From contig OX597816.1 in the NCBI GenBank assembly GCA_951406725.2, positions 133,114,001 through 133,178,000 of the forward strand: a stretch of DNA of 64,000 bases. The letters run 5' to 3'. Shown here piece after piece: positions 1-13,049 of the stretch. Every line of letters begins with the position of its first letter. Within the stretch, counting starts at the first letter, position 1. The DNA comes from Octopus vulgaris (lineage: Eukaryota). Below the pieces are notes generated by a model. It was not told the origin of the DNA, did no database searches, and worked only from the letters and a program-made list of their open reading frames with translations. A program made the translations under genes and the position numbers.

Positions 1-436
1 TCATCTTCTTTATCATCTTTTCTCACATCAACATCATCACCAGTATCACCAATGAGTCAATGAGAGAACCTTATTGCAGTTGCTTGACCTGCAAGAAATA
101 GCAGTGAATTCTTCCTCAAATTGTACTTTACAGTCTTGAAAAAGAAAGGGGTGAGCACATTGAATAACTTAATCTCAAATACACCTCTTCTTTTACCTGT
201 TTCAGTTATTTCACTATAGCCATGCTAGAAAACTGCCATACGGGGTTTTAGATGAAGAATTTGACCCAGGACTTATTCGTTGTAAGCCTAGTACTTATTC
301 TATCAGTTCTTTTTGCCAAACCACTAAGTTATGGGGTCATAAACACACCAACATCAATTGTCAAACGATGATTGGAAGGGGGTTCAAACACAAACACAAA
401 GACACACATAAATACACACACACACACACACACACA

Positions 437-920
437 ATCAAAATAAGTAACAGGATGCCAAGTATTAGTGCAATACGACTATTTCAAGCAGCTCCATTTA
501 ATTGAACAATGCAAGCATTACATCAATTCAAATATAGTGCCATCTTCAGTTGCAAGAAATATGGATGTTCAACAGACAAGATATATTAATATAATTTTTC
601 TCAGATATTTTATCAGAGCTAGAGGATGAAAGAATTTCATGTTGCTACTATTGCAGCAAGAATAAGCTAAGAGAAGAACAACTACAATTTTTGGAGTGGC
701 ATGGAATGAAACCCAGTGGGGGGGGGTCATAGGATTGTAATTCATTTCTAATTTTTTTATCTACTTTCTTATCATCAACAAAAGATCTAAGGCTAGTGGA
801 CTACGTTTATTGAAAATCAAGAGCATTGTGAGTTGACAGTTCAGAACTAGTTGGTGGACATAAATAAATATTACTAAATGTTCCCCCTATTCCTTAATTT
901 CTTACAGTCATAAGTACCCC
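437..920 (-). mobile_element. Penelope-like element 3' terminal fragment
   Basis: Degenerate ORF end (..KISEKNYINISCLLN) resembling the PLE GIY-YIG C-terminus, followed directly by a hammerhead motif. Confidence 0.5.
469..554 (-). ncRNA. Type I minimal hammerhead ribozyme motif
   Basis: Minus strand reads UGCAA-CUGAAGA-[long stem II hairpin]-GAAA-U-AGUC-G-UA-UUGCA. Stem I is UGCAA/UUGCA, the core is intact and the cleavage triplet is GUA. Confidence 0.65.
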
Positions 921-1300
921 TCATATGACAGGCTTCTCTCTCTCTCTCTCTCTCTCTTTCTATATATATATATATATCTATGACAGGCTTCTTTCAGTTT
1001 CCATCTACCAAATCCATTCACAAGGTTTTGGTCAGCCCAAGGCTATAGTAGACGACATTTGACCAAGGTGTCACACAGTGGAACTGAACTCAGAACCATG
1101 AGGTTGGGAAGCAAGTTTCTTGCCACACAGCCATACCTGCACCTGAGTTCATAGCTGGAAAGTTCTAGGACTAAATAGTATCACAGCCACAACTTCTCCC
1201 ATAAACATCATCATCATTCACATTGTCGTCAACAAGACTTTCTTCTGTTTCATTCCCACAGTGTCCAGACAATTACATATTGCAAATTTTCTCTGTGTAT

Positions 1301-1365
<65 letters not shown>

Positions 1366-2119
1366 TGTGTGCATGCATGTGTGTGCATGCATGTGTGTGC
1401 ATGCATGTGTTTGCAGAATCAGTTGAGTGTTGAATAAAATGCGTTGCAATATTTGTTATGATCCTCTGTGTATTGACTTTGAATCTTACAGAGGTCAGTT
1501 TTACTTCTCATCCTTTCAGAATAGATAAAAAGAATAAAAACCACCAATCCAAGCAGAAAATTGGTAAAATTGTTAGAAGGTAAGTAAGATGTCTTGAGGA
1601 ATTTTTTCTAGTTCTTAGCATTCTGATAGCTACCAAGCTGCATAAACCCTAACTGGCAGCTTTTCGTTTGGTTAAACAGCAGTGTTGTGAAAAGGGGAGA
1701 CATGCATACATCAGCAACTGCCAGGCTTCTACAAAAGAACAAAATGAAATGAAAATAAAAATATTAGCCAGACCTGCACATATGAGGGGATGCTGTAAAG
1801 TTCCTGGCTTCAAGGGTACCATGAAAGGCCTGGTTGGAGGCCCAAACTTCCGAGTTCTTTTACAGGACTTAGAAAAACTGAAGGGCCACTGCAATAAGTG
1901 TGTGAATCTGAGAGGGGAATATATTGAATAAAATCATAATTAACTGATCTTCCTGTATTTTTGTTTTCCTCAAAGCCAGGAATTTTTCAGCACATGTTCG
2001 TACATGTGCAAATGCATAGTCAGCCTTGTCTGAAAGAGGCCCTATATATATATATATATATATGTATCTGAGAAAACCTAGAGAAACTCTAAAACAAGGC
2101 AAGATGTGAGTGTACACCA

Positions 2120-2161
<42 letters not shown>

Positions 2162-3799
2162 CACACATACACACGTACACACATACACGGACCATTTTCA
2201 CTTTTTCCATAAGTGAAATCCACACAAGGCTTCGGTTGGTGTGGGGCTACAGAAGAGATACTTGGCCAAGGTGCTATACAGTAGGACTAGACCCAAGACC
2301 ACATGGTTCAAAAACAGGCTTTTCAACCACACAGCCATGCCTGCACTTATACAATAGACTTTGAAAAAATTTATTTCACATCTGCTTTTCAGTGCTGGCA
2401 TGATTGGGTTGGTTTCTTAATTGGGACGGTATTTTTATAGTTAGATGACTTCTTTGTTCCTAACCCTTAACTGTTTCCTAAGCTGGAGATTGCTTCTTAT
2501 TCCACTGCACTTTGAAAGCACAGAGTTACAGTATATATTATTCACATAGAATGTGTGACATCACTGCTTTTTGCTCCGACAGTCTCATCTGAAAATGTGG
2601 AAATGTCATCATTTATGCACCCCACCTCTCCATCCATCCATCCATCCATCCATCCATCCATCCTACATACATACATACATACATACATACATGCATACAT
2701 GCATGCATACCTACCTACCTACATACATACATACATACATACATACATACATACATACATACATACATACATACATACATACATACATGCATACATACAT
2801 ACATAAATATATACATATATACATACATACATATATATAAAGTGTAAACAGAGTTAGTGGTTATAATAACTGACTGTGGGATAAATCAGTTCTTATGTAG
2901 ACTTATCATCCTCCTAGAAAAGTCAGAGGGTCACATCTCACTGCTATTCTGATGATGGTTTCTATGGCTGATGTCATTCCTAACATTTTCTATTTCACTG
3001 GATGCATTTTACTGTAGCAGTAGCAATAAAGATACTATCATGTTCTCAATGAGATTAAAGAGTTTTTTTCTACCCTTCATTGTCTCTGATCATTTGCTAA
3101 TCTGCAGAGTGTACTTGATGAATTCTATCATAGCACAAACACTAAAGATGTCACTGCATGTTCTCTCTCTTCTCTATGGCCTCTATTTTGTTTTTATTTT
3201 TTTGCAAGGTAAACAAAGCTAAATGTATGAACTGAAGAGACCAAGTTGTAAAAGAGGTGAGAGTATGAATATGTGATGGAGAAAACAGAGCGGTAGATTG
3301 GTAGATAAAAGAGTAATAAAAAAAGAGAGAATGATAGCTTCGTGCTGGTTGTTGGTAAGGAGACTGAGTAAGAAACAGCATGAGCAGTGTGACAGGGTAG
3401 CAATAAAGATGGGCTATGGTTGGAGAGAGCAAGTTATGGACAGCAATAGAGATTAAGAGATGAAGAATAACATGGGGGAGAGAGAATAGAGGATACTGAA
3501 TGCATATAGATCCTATGCCACTCCTTGTTACACAGACATTATGATGAAAGAGCGGTAAAATGATACAGAGGTAATGGTTGATGGAGATGCATAGATCAAA
3601 TGCCATTTCTTGACTCACAAGCAATGTACTGCATCTTCTACTGGCTATTGTGGATATAGTATTAGCCATCAATAAATGTATTTTACTAACCAGACAACTA
3701 TATTTTAACTGTCTAATGTCTTTAATATGAATTCATTTCTATAACTCTCTAATTATTGTGTACATGATGACAAGGCAAATTCAATCAGGATTCCTCTTA

Positions 3800-5111
3800 C
3801 AAGGTGGTATTAAAAAGTTCCTGGAATAGTTATGTTTAATTTTAAAAATTATTATTTACTTAGTTTTAACATCATCTCTTTCGAAATAGTCACCTTGCAC
3901 AGTGATACCACTTTTGGAATCTGGCCTGGAAGTCATTTTCCATAAGTGAGTTGAGGACCTTCTACAATTCACTCTGAATTCCAACAACAGTGTTCAAATG
4001 GCAACCTTTGAGCTGCATTTTCATCTTGGGGAAGAGATGGAAGCCTGCAGGTGCTAAATCTGGTGAATGGAGTGGGTGCAGAAGTGATATCATGTCGTTT
4101 TTTTATGACAAACTCACAAGTGAGGAGAGCTTTGTGACATGGTGCATTGTTGTCTTGAAGAATCCAATTCTTTGTGCTTCACAGATCCAGTTGCTTATCC
4201 TCCCCTGAACACGTCAACGTCCTCTCCCTGAAACACTTCAAAATGCCACAGTAGAACTCTCAATTGATAGTGAGGCCCAAGGGGACAAATTCTCGATACA
4301 CAATACCGTGGATGTCAGAAAAAACGGTGAGCATGCTCTTGATAGAGCTGCAGCTCTGCCGTGCATTCTTTAGTTGAGAAGATGAAAGACTCTTCCATTG
4401 TTATGACTGCTGCTTTGTCTCAGGATCATACCTGTAGACCCAACTCTTGTCACCAGTGATGATCCTCGACATGAAAGATGGGTTCATCATTAGCACATTG
4501 ATAGAGATCTTGACCGATTTTGATATGATGTTTTTTTCTGCTCATTGGTCAACAGGCCGGGGACAAACTTGACAGAAACACACCGCATGCTCAATTCAGA
4601 CATTAGGATTGCCTGCACAGACCCATACAACAGATCAACAACATCACCAATGTCATTGATTGTCCTCTGTTGATCCTCATGTACAAGCTGATGAATTTTC
4701 TCCACATTTCTGGGGATGACACTTGTGGCAGGTCTTCCAGATTGCTCATTCATCTTCCAGAGACGTTTTTTCCGATTTTGAAGTGTCTGTGTCACTTGAA
4801 ACATTACATATGACTCACTGCCTCATCACCATAAGCTTGCCAAAACATGCTCAATGTCTCTGTGACAGAATTCTCGAGTTTAACACAAAATTTCACACTG
4901 GCTCTTTGTTCCAACTTCCTGTCCATGCAGACTACAGCTTACATGTGATCACAAAAACACAAATTTAACAACTTGCAAAGTAAACACAGCAATGTCACTT
5001 GGCACACTGCCTCGTGAGAATCACTGCTAGCTCTCACTATACTTGCAACCATGTACAGCTATCTGTTGGTTTGCTACAGAACTAGTCCAGGAACTCTTTG
5101 ATAGCACCATG
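3800..5111 (-). mobile_element. Mariner transposon relic (~1.3 kb, disrupted transposase)
   Basis: Imperfect TIRs (caaggtggtattaaaaagttcc / ggaactctttgatagcaccatg). Translated fragments include SGRP, KFVPGLL (WVP-like), IITGDKSW and SPDLAP. Confidence 0.85.
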
Positions 5112-5346
5112 GGGTCCATGTCAATAAACTCATTATTTTAATATATTTATTTGCTAACAATATCACAAATTACAGAGAAGCTATATATCCATAGTTGTTT
5201 CCAATATTTGCCAATAAAAGAAACATTTTTATTTCCTATAATAATATATATATATATATATTTTGACCAATGAATATTGCAATCATTACAGATATATTTT
5301 CAGCTACATAACTGTGTAATTATTATGTGGATGGCATCAAGATAAA

Positions 5347-5719
5347 TCTCTCTCTATATAAAGCTGAAGTTGTCTGTGTATGGCAGGTTTGGTAGCCTTC
5401 AACTAACACTATCTCCTCCGAGACCCTGCGGCACAAGTTGACCAAAATTGAGAGTATGATAGAAGAAGGCTTACTCTTCCTTCTGTAGAAGAAAAAATTC
5501 AAATCAGACCATGTTAACACCAAAAATTATTTACATCAAAAAGGTACTTTTCTTTTCTATGAAAATCCCTGCTGTGTCGCCATTTTTCGGTGTATTTCAA
5601 CCAGAAAAAAGTTCACTTAAAGAAAATAACATGCTACATAATGCAAAATTTTTACTTTTCAAAAATTCCAATTCTAAAGGGTCAAAACAAACCCAAGCAA
5701 CGCCAGGTGATACTGCTAG
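5347..5719 (+). mobile_element. Non-autonomous Helitron
   Basis: 5' TC..TATATAAA start, 3' CTAG end preceded by a GC-rich hairpin (acccaagcaacgccaggt), inserted between A and T with no TSD. Confidence 0.7.
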
Positions 5720-6689
5720 TATTTGATAAAGGCTAGTTTGATTGTGATCAATGACTTAAAGAGTATTGGATAACTAACGTTGAACACATCACAAAGATTG
5801 GAGGTGATATTAGTGGCGAGTTTCTGTGAGGGATCCCAACAACCAATCAAAATATGAAACATTAGCAGAAGAACTAGCAGAATTGTAAGATAATACTATT
5901 GATGATGGTAGCAGTGGCAAATGCAATGAATATGAATAGATGGTGATGATGATGATGATGATGATGATGACGATGATAATGATGATGATGATGATGATAA
6001 TGATGATGGTGATGAGGACGGTGGTGCTGGCGGTGATGGTGGTTTTTGGTGGTGAAGAGGAGGAAAGAGGATGGTCATGTTGATATGATGTTGATTTTAA
6101 TGTTGATATTGATGCCAGCAATAATGATGTTGATAATGAAATTGATGATGATGATGAGGGGAGGAGGAGGAAGTGGAGGGAGAGGAAGGAGAGGAGGGCG
6201 AGGACAATATTCAATAATGATAAATAGATGCCAACAATAATTAATTGCCAACCTTTGACTGAATGGTTTTCTGTAGGAATTACATATAATCATGAACTTG
6301 CACAAAATTCTATGTTATATAATATGCTCTCCTGACCAAAATTATGTAATCTCCTAAATTATATAATCCAAGAATCTGCACTTTCAGCAGTATAAAAATC
6401 AAAACTAAGAACTAACAGAATCAACCATTTTAATCAACCATAAGAAAGGAAACAATTTGATTGAAGTATATCTAAGATTAAATTTAATAATAGCCTTAGC
6501 AGTTTAGCAATTTATTGATTCTGTATGTATGCATGTGTGATCTAAAATTCAAATACCAAATCCCACTATGATTTATTACGAAATGATTATCTTTCATACT
6601 CCAGTGTACGTGACATATTTTGTAAATCCTTTTACCAGTTTATTAAAACTATAAAAAAAATGTTAGAAAATATCTAATATCTACTGGAC

Positions 6690-7375
6690 ATTTTAAGAGC
6701 CCATGGATTTTTCTGATTCATAAAATAATGTAAGTTTTGTTTTCAAATAATATTTTGACCCAATAAAGGTGTTAAATGATCAATTGCCTCTTTAAACTCA
6801 GACTGCAATTTTTCTTTCATTGTCAAGTAAGTTTTATTAAGCATTCATTTCCAAAACTATCCTGTTTCAAAATTCATTATTTGTTCATCAGCATAACATC
6901 TATAAATTTTTCAATTATAATGCTGACCCTATGAGTTTTAGTTCATTTTTTAAAAATCTGTTGAACATCTACCTCTTCTAGGCAATATCTTGTTGTTTCC
7001 TCTTTTCAGTTTTTCTTTCCTTTTTCTCTGACTGCTGCAAACAGATGCACAGACTTTGTTTATATGACCATTTGACTTGGGGGAGTATGCTTTTGGTTGC
7101 AATCTTCAAAATAAAATCGACAAGAGATATTACATTCTAATCATTGCATCACTTCTGTTTCTTGTTTGCAAATTCAATGACAAAGCAGCACTTTAAACTT
7201 GTTAATAAAGTTTGTATTTGAATAATGTTTTGCACTGTTGATTCACCAATAATGGTCCTGGCCTTCTTCAAATTTAGTAAAAACTCTCTCGTTTTCTAAT
7301 TATTGCTAATTTTTCTTCCAATCTTATTATTCTTCTCTTCATCTTAGCACTTTTACTGCTTGTGGCACCTACTCA
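6690..7375 (-). pseudogene. Tigger/pogo transposase relic
   Basis: Degenerate translation KRRIIRLEEKLAII..GESTVQNII..EDCNQKHTP..ETG*FWK*MLNKTYL..EFKEAIDHLTPLLG..NPWALK matches the pogo DETGLFWK / GFK..KDRLTLLL / ENPRALK motifs. Confidence 0.75.
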
Positions 7376-7800
7376 TTTAGAATTCCAAATAATAAATTGA
7401 ACGTTTGGAAATACAGTAAACATCCAATTAATCTAATGTCAAATAATACCTCATTCTGAAAAGCACAATGTATAGATAACTGTTTACAGACATGGCAGTG
7501 AACAACTTAATAAAAATAACCTGTCTAAAAGAAAATTCATGTCTAAAACAAAGAATTATAGCAGTAAATTCAGTAGCAGATAAAAGAAAGGAAATTACAC
7601 TCCATTATTTTTCATTTCTTATACATATTCATCACAATAAATCAAATATTTGTATGCAGTATTGGAGTATACCCATTTATTATAAACTCCAATGGGACAT
7701 AGAGTGGTTGTTCATAGAACACATGTTTGTGTGCATAAGTGAACATGTGTGTGTGTGTGTGTGTGTGTGTGTATAGGTACATGTACATGTATGTATATAT

Positions 7801-7862
<62 letters not shown>

Positions 7863-7974
7863 ATACAGAGTATTCAGAATGTCTCTCTGCAATATTTTAT
7901 TGCAAAGTAAATATTTATAAGATGATATAAGACTACATAAGAATATATTAGACTTTACAAGACTTTAAAAAACT

Positions 7975-8272
7975 TTATAAGAGTTATGGAAAGCGTCATC
8001 CTTCATTTTCAATGCATAAGTTGACTCTTTTACATATATTTTGAAATACATCTTGAAGAGGTGTGATGCAGTATGGACCGTGTGAAGGTTATGATTGCGT
8101 CTTTTAGCTCATTAATGGTTTTCAGGCGATTCATGTACACTGATCCTTTACTTGCTCCCCAGAAAAAAAAGTCTGGCGGTGTGAAATCAAGTGATCTTGG
8201 TGGCCAAAGTCCCTTCGAAATAATCCATTCACCAAAAAATTCACTGCAGAGAGACTTTTTGAACACCCTGTG
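7975..8272 (-). mobile_element. Tc1-like internally deleted element
   Basis: WPPRSLDFTPPDFFFWG..KG.VY motif and a CAGGGTGTTC terminus. Confidence 0.75.
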
Positions 8273-8486
8273 TATGTATATATATATATATATGTGTACC
8301 TAAATATATGTATGTAGAGCTCAGTTTATGTCACTACATGTTTCTCACTCTCCTCCCACTCTCTTGCAATTTTTCAGTATCCATCATCTCCCTGATACTT
8401 ATCTGTGTCCTATCTACTATTTTGTTATTATTCTTCTACTCCTCACTCTTTCTGGACTACATATATACATACATACATACATATAT

Positions 8487-8648
8487 ACAGGAGTGGCTGT
8501 GAGGTAAGTAGCTTGCTTACCAACCACATGGTTCTAGGTTCAGTCCCACTGTTTGATACCTTAGGCAAGTGTCTTCTACTATAGCCTCAGGCCGACCAAA
8601 GCCTTGTGAGTGGATTTGGTAGACAGAAACTGAAAGAATCCTGTCATA
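8487..8648 (+). mobile_element. SINE family A head (other heads at ~2200-2346 -, 35788-35935 +, 41720-41850 -)
   Basis: A-box and B-box-like motifs (gtggctgtgaggtaag; ggttcagtccc), repeated across the window. Confidence 0.75.
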
Positions 8649-8699
8649 TGCAGAGAAATGGGTTGATAAGGTAATCAAGGTAGTCAGAATCTGTGACTA

Positions 8700-8836
8700 C
8701 CTTGACAACTGTGGAAGACAACTGGAGGTTTCTACGGGACAACCTGTTGAAGGCCACTGACCAGATCTGTGGATGGTGAAAAGTCTCCTCTTGACCCAAG
8801 ATAACATGGTGGTGGAACAATGTAGTTGACAGGGCC

Positions 8837-8838
<2 letters not shown>
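8700..8838 (+). mobile_element. RTE-clade LINE ORF fragment
   Basis: VEDNWRFLRDNLLKATDQICG..ITWWWNNVVDRAI, the RTE linker WWWN motif. Confidence 0.6.
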
Positions 8839-8874
<36 letters not shown>

Positions 8875-8878
<4 letters not shown>

Positions 8879-10107
8879 GTTGTCCAGAAAGATCGTGCCG
8901 ATTTTTAAAGGAAAGAAAAAGGTCAATAAATACTTGCCATTACATGTTTAATCAACCAAATATGAACCATTTCGTTGCACAATGCATCTCCATCTTTCCT
9001 TTAACTTGAAAAAAACCGTCTTCCCAGAATAGAGGTGGTTTCAGGGCAAAGAATTCATCGAGGTATCTTTTTATGTCATCCAAGGAATTGAAATTTTTAC
9101 CATTAAGACTATTCTGCAGAAACCTGAATAAGTGGAAATCCAAAGGAGCAATATCTGGTGAATATGGGGGGGGGGGGTAACACATCCCAGCTGAGCTGCA
9201 GCAAATTTTGCATGGTTCCCAAAGAAACATGCAGTCTTGCGTTATCATGTTGGAAAACAACACCCTTCCTGTTGGCCAATTCTGGACATTTCTCTTGAAT
9301 TGCTGCTTTTAACTTGTCCAGTTGTGTGCAGTATTTCTCAGGATTAATTGTCTGGTTACTTAGGAGAAGCTCATAGTAAAGAATTCCTATCAAAGACTTT
9401 TTTAGGGTGAAGACCCAATTTTGGGGTGGCTAAGGGAGATTCATGTCGCTTACTCCAAGATCGCTTTCTCTGAACATTTTGGCAGATAAACCATTTCTCA
9501 TCACCTGTCACAATTTGCTTTAAAAAAGGTGCATTTTCATTCCGTTTATAAAGCGAAATGTGATCCAAAAGGTTCTTCTCAATCAACTCATGTGGTACCC
9601 AATCATCATAGCGATTTGTGTACCCAAGCTTTACCAGGTGCTCATGAATGATGGATTTTGATAGGTTGAGGCTTTCTGCCAGTTCTTGGGTTTTGCAACG
9701 TGGGTTATTCTCAATTGATTTGGTCATCATATGTAGTGCTTGATCGCTCTTCATCAATAAGGCTACAATCTCTAGCTCAGAACATTGCGAACCACTTCTG
9801 TGCAGTTCTTTCAGATAAAGAAGCATCACTGTAAACTGTGCATATTTCTTTGGTTGCTTGTGAGGCATTTTTTCCTTTACAGAAAAAGAAAAGCATCAAG
9901 TGCCGAAAATGAACTTTTATATCTTCCATTTTAAAAGGTTACAGAATTAACACAGGTTATAGGAACATAAACCTTCTTCCATAAAAAGATAGCTTAAACT
10001 GTGCTCTAAATGGAGGTGTAGTCAAATCCTATTTTATGGACTCAACCATGTTCTAAAATAAGTTGAAAGGTAAGCTACTATAAATCAGCATGAACTATTG
10101 GGACAAC

Positions 10108-10111
<4 letters not shown>
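8875..10111 (-). mobile_element. Full-length mariner with frameshifted transposase, inserted in (TA)n
   Basis: TIRs ttgggttgtcc / ggacaacccaa. WVPHEL, IVTGDEKW, HDNARLH and YSPDIAPLDFHLF occur across three frames. Confidence 0.92.
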
Positions 10112-10147
<36 letters not shown>

Positions 10148-10449
10148 ACTATCATCTGGGCAATAACCTTATTGCATGCTATTCAAATTTCAACCTACAG
10201 GTGTCAGCTACCACATGCTATCATGCAGTAGAACTTCCCCTTTCACTGGCTATACATGTAGAAATTTGTTAATATCCACAGAATTTACACAAAGAATTTT
10301 AATAAAAGAAAATAGAATGAAAAGATTTTATTCCAAATCACTACATTTGCTTTTGTACATCAGTATCAGCTGGTAATTACTGAATGTCATACATATTATA
10401 CACATTATTGCACTAATATGATTCAACAATAACTGTGTACTTGCACGTC

Positions 10450-11760
10450 TTCAGATGAGTAAGGTTAAGAGCACTGCTGGATCATCTTTTATTTTATACT
10501 CTTATGCTATTTTTAAGCATTTCATCGACAAAGGACAATATGGAAGTACAAAGAGATACAATTATTGCTTTAATGCAGAGTATCAGGATACAATATTGGC
10601 CAATGCTGGATTAAATATACACCTAACAATAGTATAGGTAATCAATATAAAAATGAAAGTAATGAAAATTGAAAATGTATAGAGATAGGTATGTTAGCAA
10701 ACATAAAGTGAATGGAAATCTTAAGGTTAGCATTATGGAAGGGAAAGGCCAAAACTTAAATCTGAGTCAAAATGTTGAATAAAAATAGAAATAGAAATAT
10801 AGATCTAAAGAAATATGTTGGAAATAGGAAAAGAAAAGCTTACTTAAATTTTAATTTGCTTAACTCTACCAAGCATGATAACAATTACACTAAACCTAAT
10901 AATAAGTCTAATAATGTAGCATATTATGGTTTAATCTAGTGTTTGGATTACATGTAGTATCTAAAAGGCTAGAGCATTTTTTCCCACATTAGATATGCAT
11001 TTCCCTAAATCCAGTTGATACTATGAAATTTTTAACAGGCATATGGGGAAACTGTCTATTGCAATGTCAAATAACCTTGAATACCATGTTCATAAACTTA
11101 ACAATGGGAAGCTGAATCTAGCGATCACAAATTCTATAAATATTATCTGAAATAGCATCAGTCCAGCAAATAGGGACAATCAGAATAGTGGATGGCATAA
11201 TCAGAATAATCAAATGATACTAATATAAGTGGAAATATCAACCTTAACATAGATAGTATGAGTATCCATGAGAATGTTATAAGCACCAATAATAATAACA
11301 CTGAGAATAATGGTAATGTATATAAAATATTAACAATTACAACAATGCTACTAAGAAGAAATATATAAAAATGAATACAAGTTTCAAATAATGATATTAA
11401 AAAATGCAATTTTAGAGATAAGAAAGTATGCCCTTTGGTGAATGAGTGTTTACATAGAAATATTGCATACAGATGTACTTTAAGAACAAGTGCACAGGTA
11501 TATACATATATAGGTGCAACAAGTGACGGCTGGCAAAACTATTCAGAATAAATTAGGAACAACTTCAAAAGACATTGTGTATCACTCACTGACCTTATAT
11601 GAGACTACAAACACAAAAAGATACAATACAGCTCTACTTGGTCAATAATATGAAATGTATACACATATAATGCATACTAAAACGTATGTAACCCTTGCCT
11701 AGGAAGAACTCTAGAAATAATATTATGCAATGATGATATTGACAATTTTGAAAAACATGT
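10450..11760 (+). mobile_element. Highly degraded Penelope-like element (RT remnant + GIY-YIG)
   Basis: YRD-like RT remnant near 10680. KCNFRDKKVCPLVNECLHRNIAYRC..TYIGAT and a later C..C motif are typical of PLE endonucleases. Confidence 0.6.
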
Positions 11761-12218
11761 CATATTTAATAATTTAATATCATATCAATCCTTAATTAAC
11801 TCAAAAATGTAATTATAGGTTTGTATTCTCATTACTAGTATGAGTATATTGGTGTTTACCAAATTTAAGTAAGTTAAGTTATTTCATAATATTTTGTAAG
11901 TGTGTATAGTTACTTGGTTAAAAGAAAAGCAACTATAGAAAAGATCTATTTACTATGATATAATGACATATGTATAAATATATATATATATATATATAAT
12001 AAATGCACCCTTTTAAAGCCTAGCCAGCCTCTTGGGCCTGGACAGGATGCCAGTCCATCGCAGCATTACTCCTTTTTGCCAGCTGAGTGGACTGGAGCAA
12101 TGTGAAATGAAGTGTTTTGCTCAAGAACAAAATACATCACCTTGTCCAGGAATCAAAAGCACAATCTTAGGATCATGATGCTGACACCCTAACCACTAAG
12201 CCACGTGCCTCCATATAT

Positions 12219-12255
<37 letters not shown>

Positions 12256-12256
12256 G

Positions 12257-12290
<34 letters not shown>

Positions 12291-13049
12291 GTATGTGTAT
12301 GTATGTATGTATATATATGAACCAGGAAAACCTAGTTATAGAGTGAATACCACATGTATTTCCATAGTATCATTATTATATGTGAAAAGACATATCACAA
12401 TTTCCATTCACATATAATAAATAGGTCTCAATAAACAAACCCAATAAGGTTACACCATAGAATTATTTTTCCTTTTGTTGTGTATATTCTCAAAATTCTG
12501 AATGAATAGATATAAATAGGAAAAAAGGATTTACATAAAAGCATAATTGGATGATGATTAGTAGAATAGCATATAAAGATGCACATTCATGAAAGCAAAA
12601 TATGAGGGTATGTTTGGATAGATATATGTATGCATATACATATGATTGAACATTAGTGCCAAATGAAAGAATACATATGTATAAGGATGCATATGAGTGA
12701 ATGTTCTTGGTTTATTCACATGCTATTTATGTATGTATGTATGTATGTATGTATGTATGTATGCATGTATGCATGCATGCATGTATGTATGTATGTATGT
12801 ATATGTATGTGTGTGTGGAAAGGGTACACACACACCTGTATGTGTATGTATGTATACACCATATTGATGAATGTACATGCATGTATAAAGGTGCATGCGA
12901 GTAAATATTCTTATTTTAACGGCCTCTCTTAATGACTGGTAAAGCAACTGTGACAGGACCTAATGATAGCCAAAATTAAGTTTGTATGCAGACAAAACTA
13001 AGTATGCAAGCAGACAGGTTTTGCATTCTGCTGTAGTAACAAACTGACC

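Larger units (their letters stand above)
190..1146 (-). mobile_element. tRNA-derived SINE (family A), interrupted at its internal (CA)n tract by a Penelope-like fragment
   Basis: Head at 978-1146 and tail at 190-420 match the uninterrupted copies at 56608-56987 (+) and 63345-63735 (-). Confidence 0.75.
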
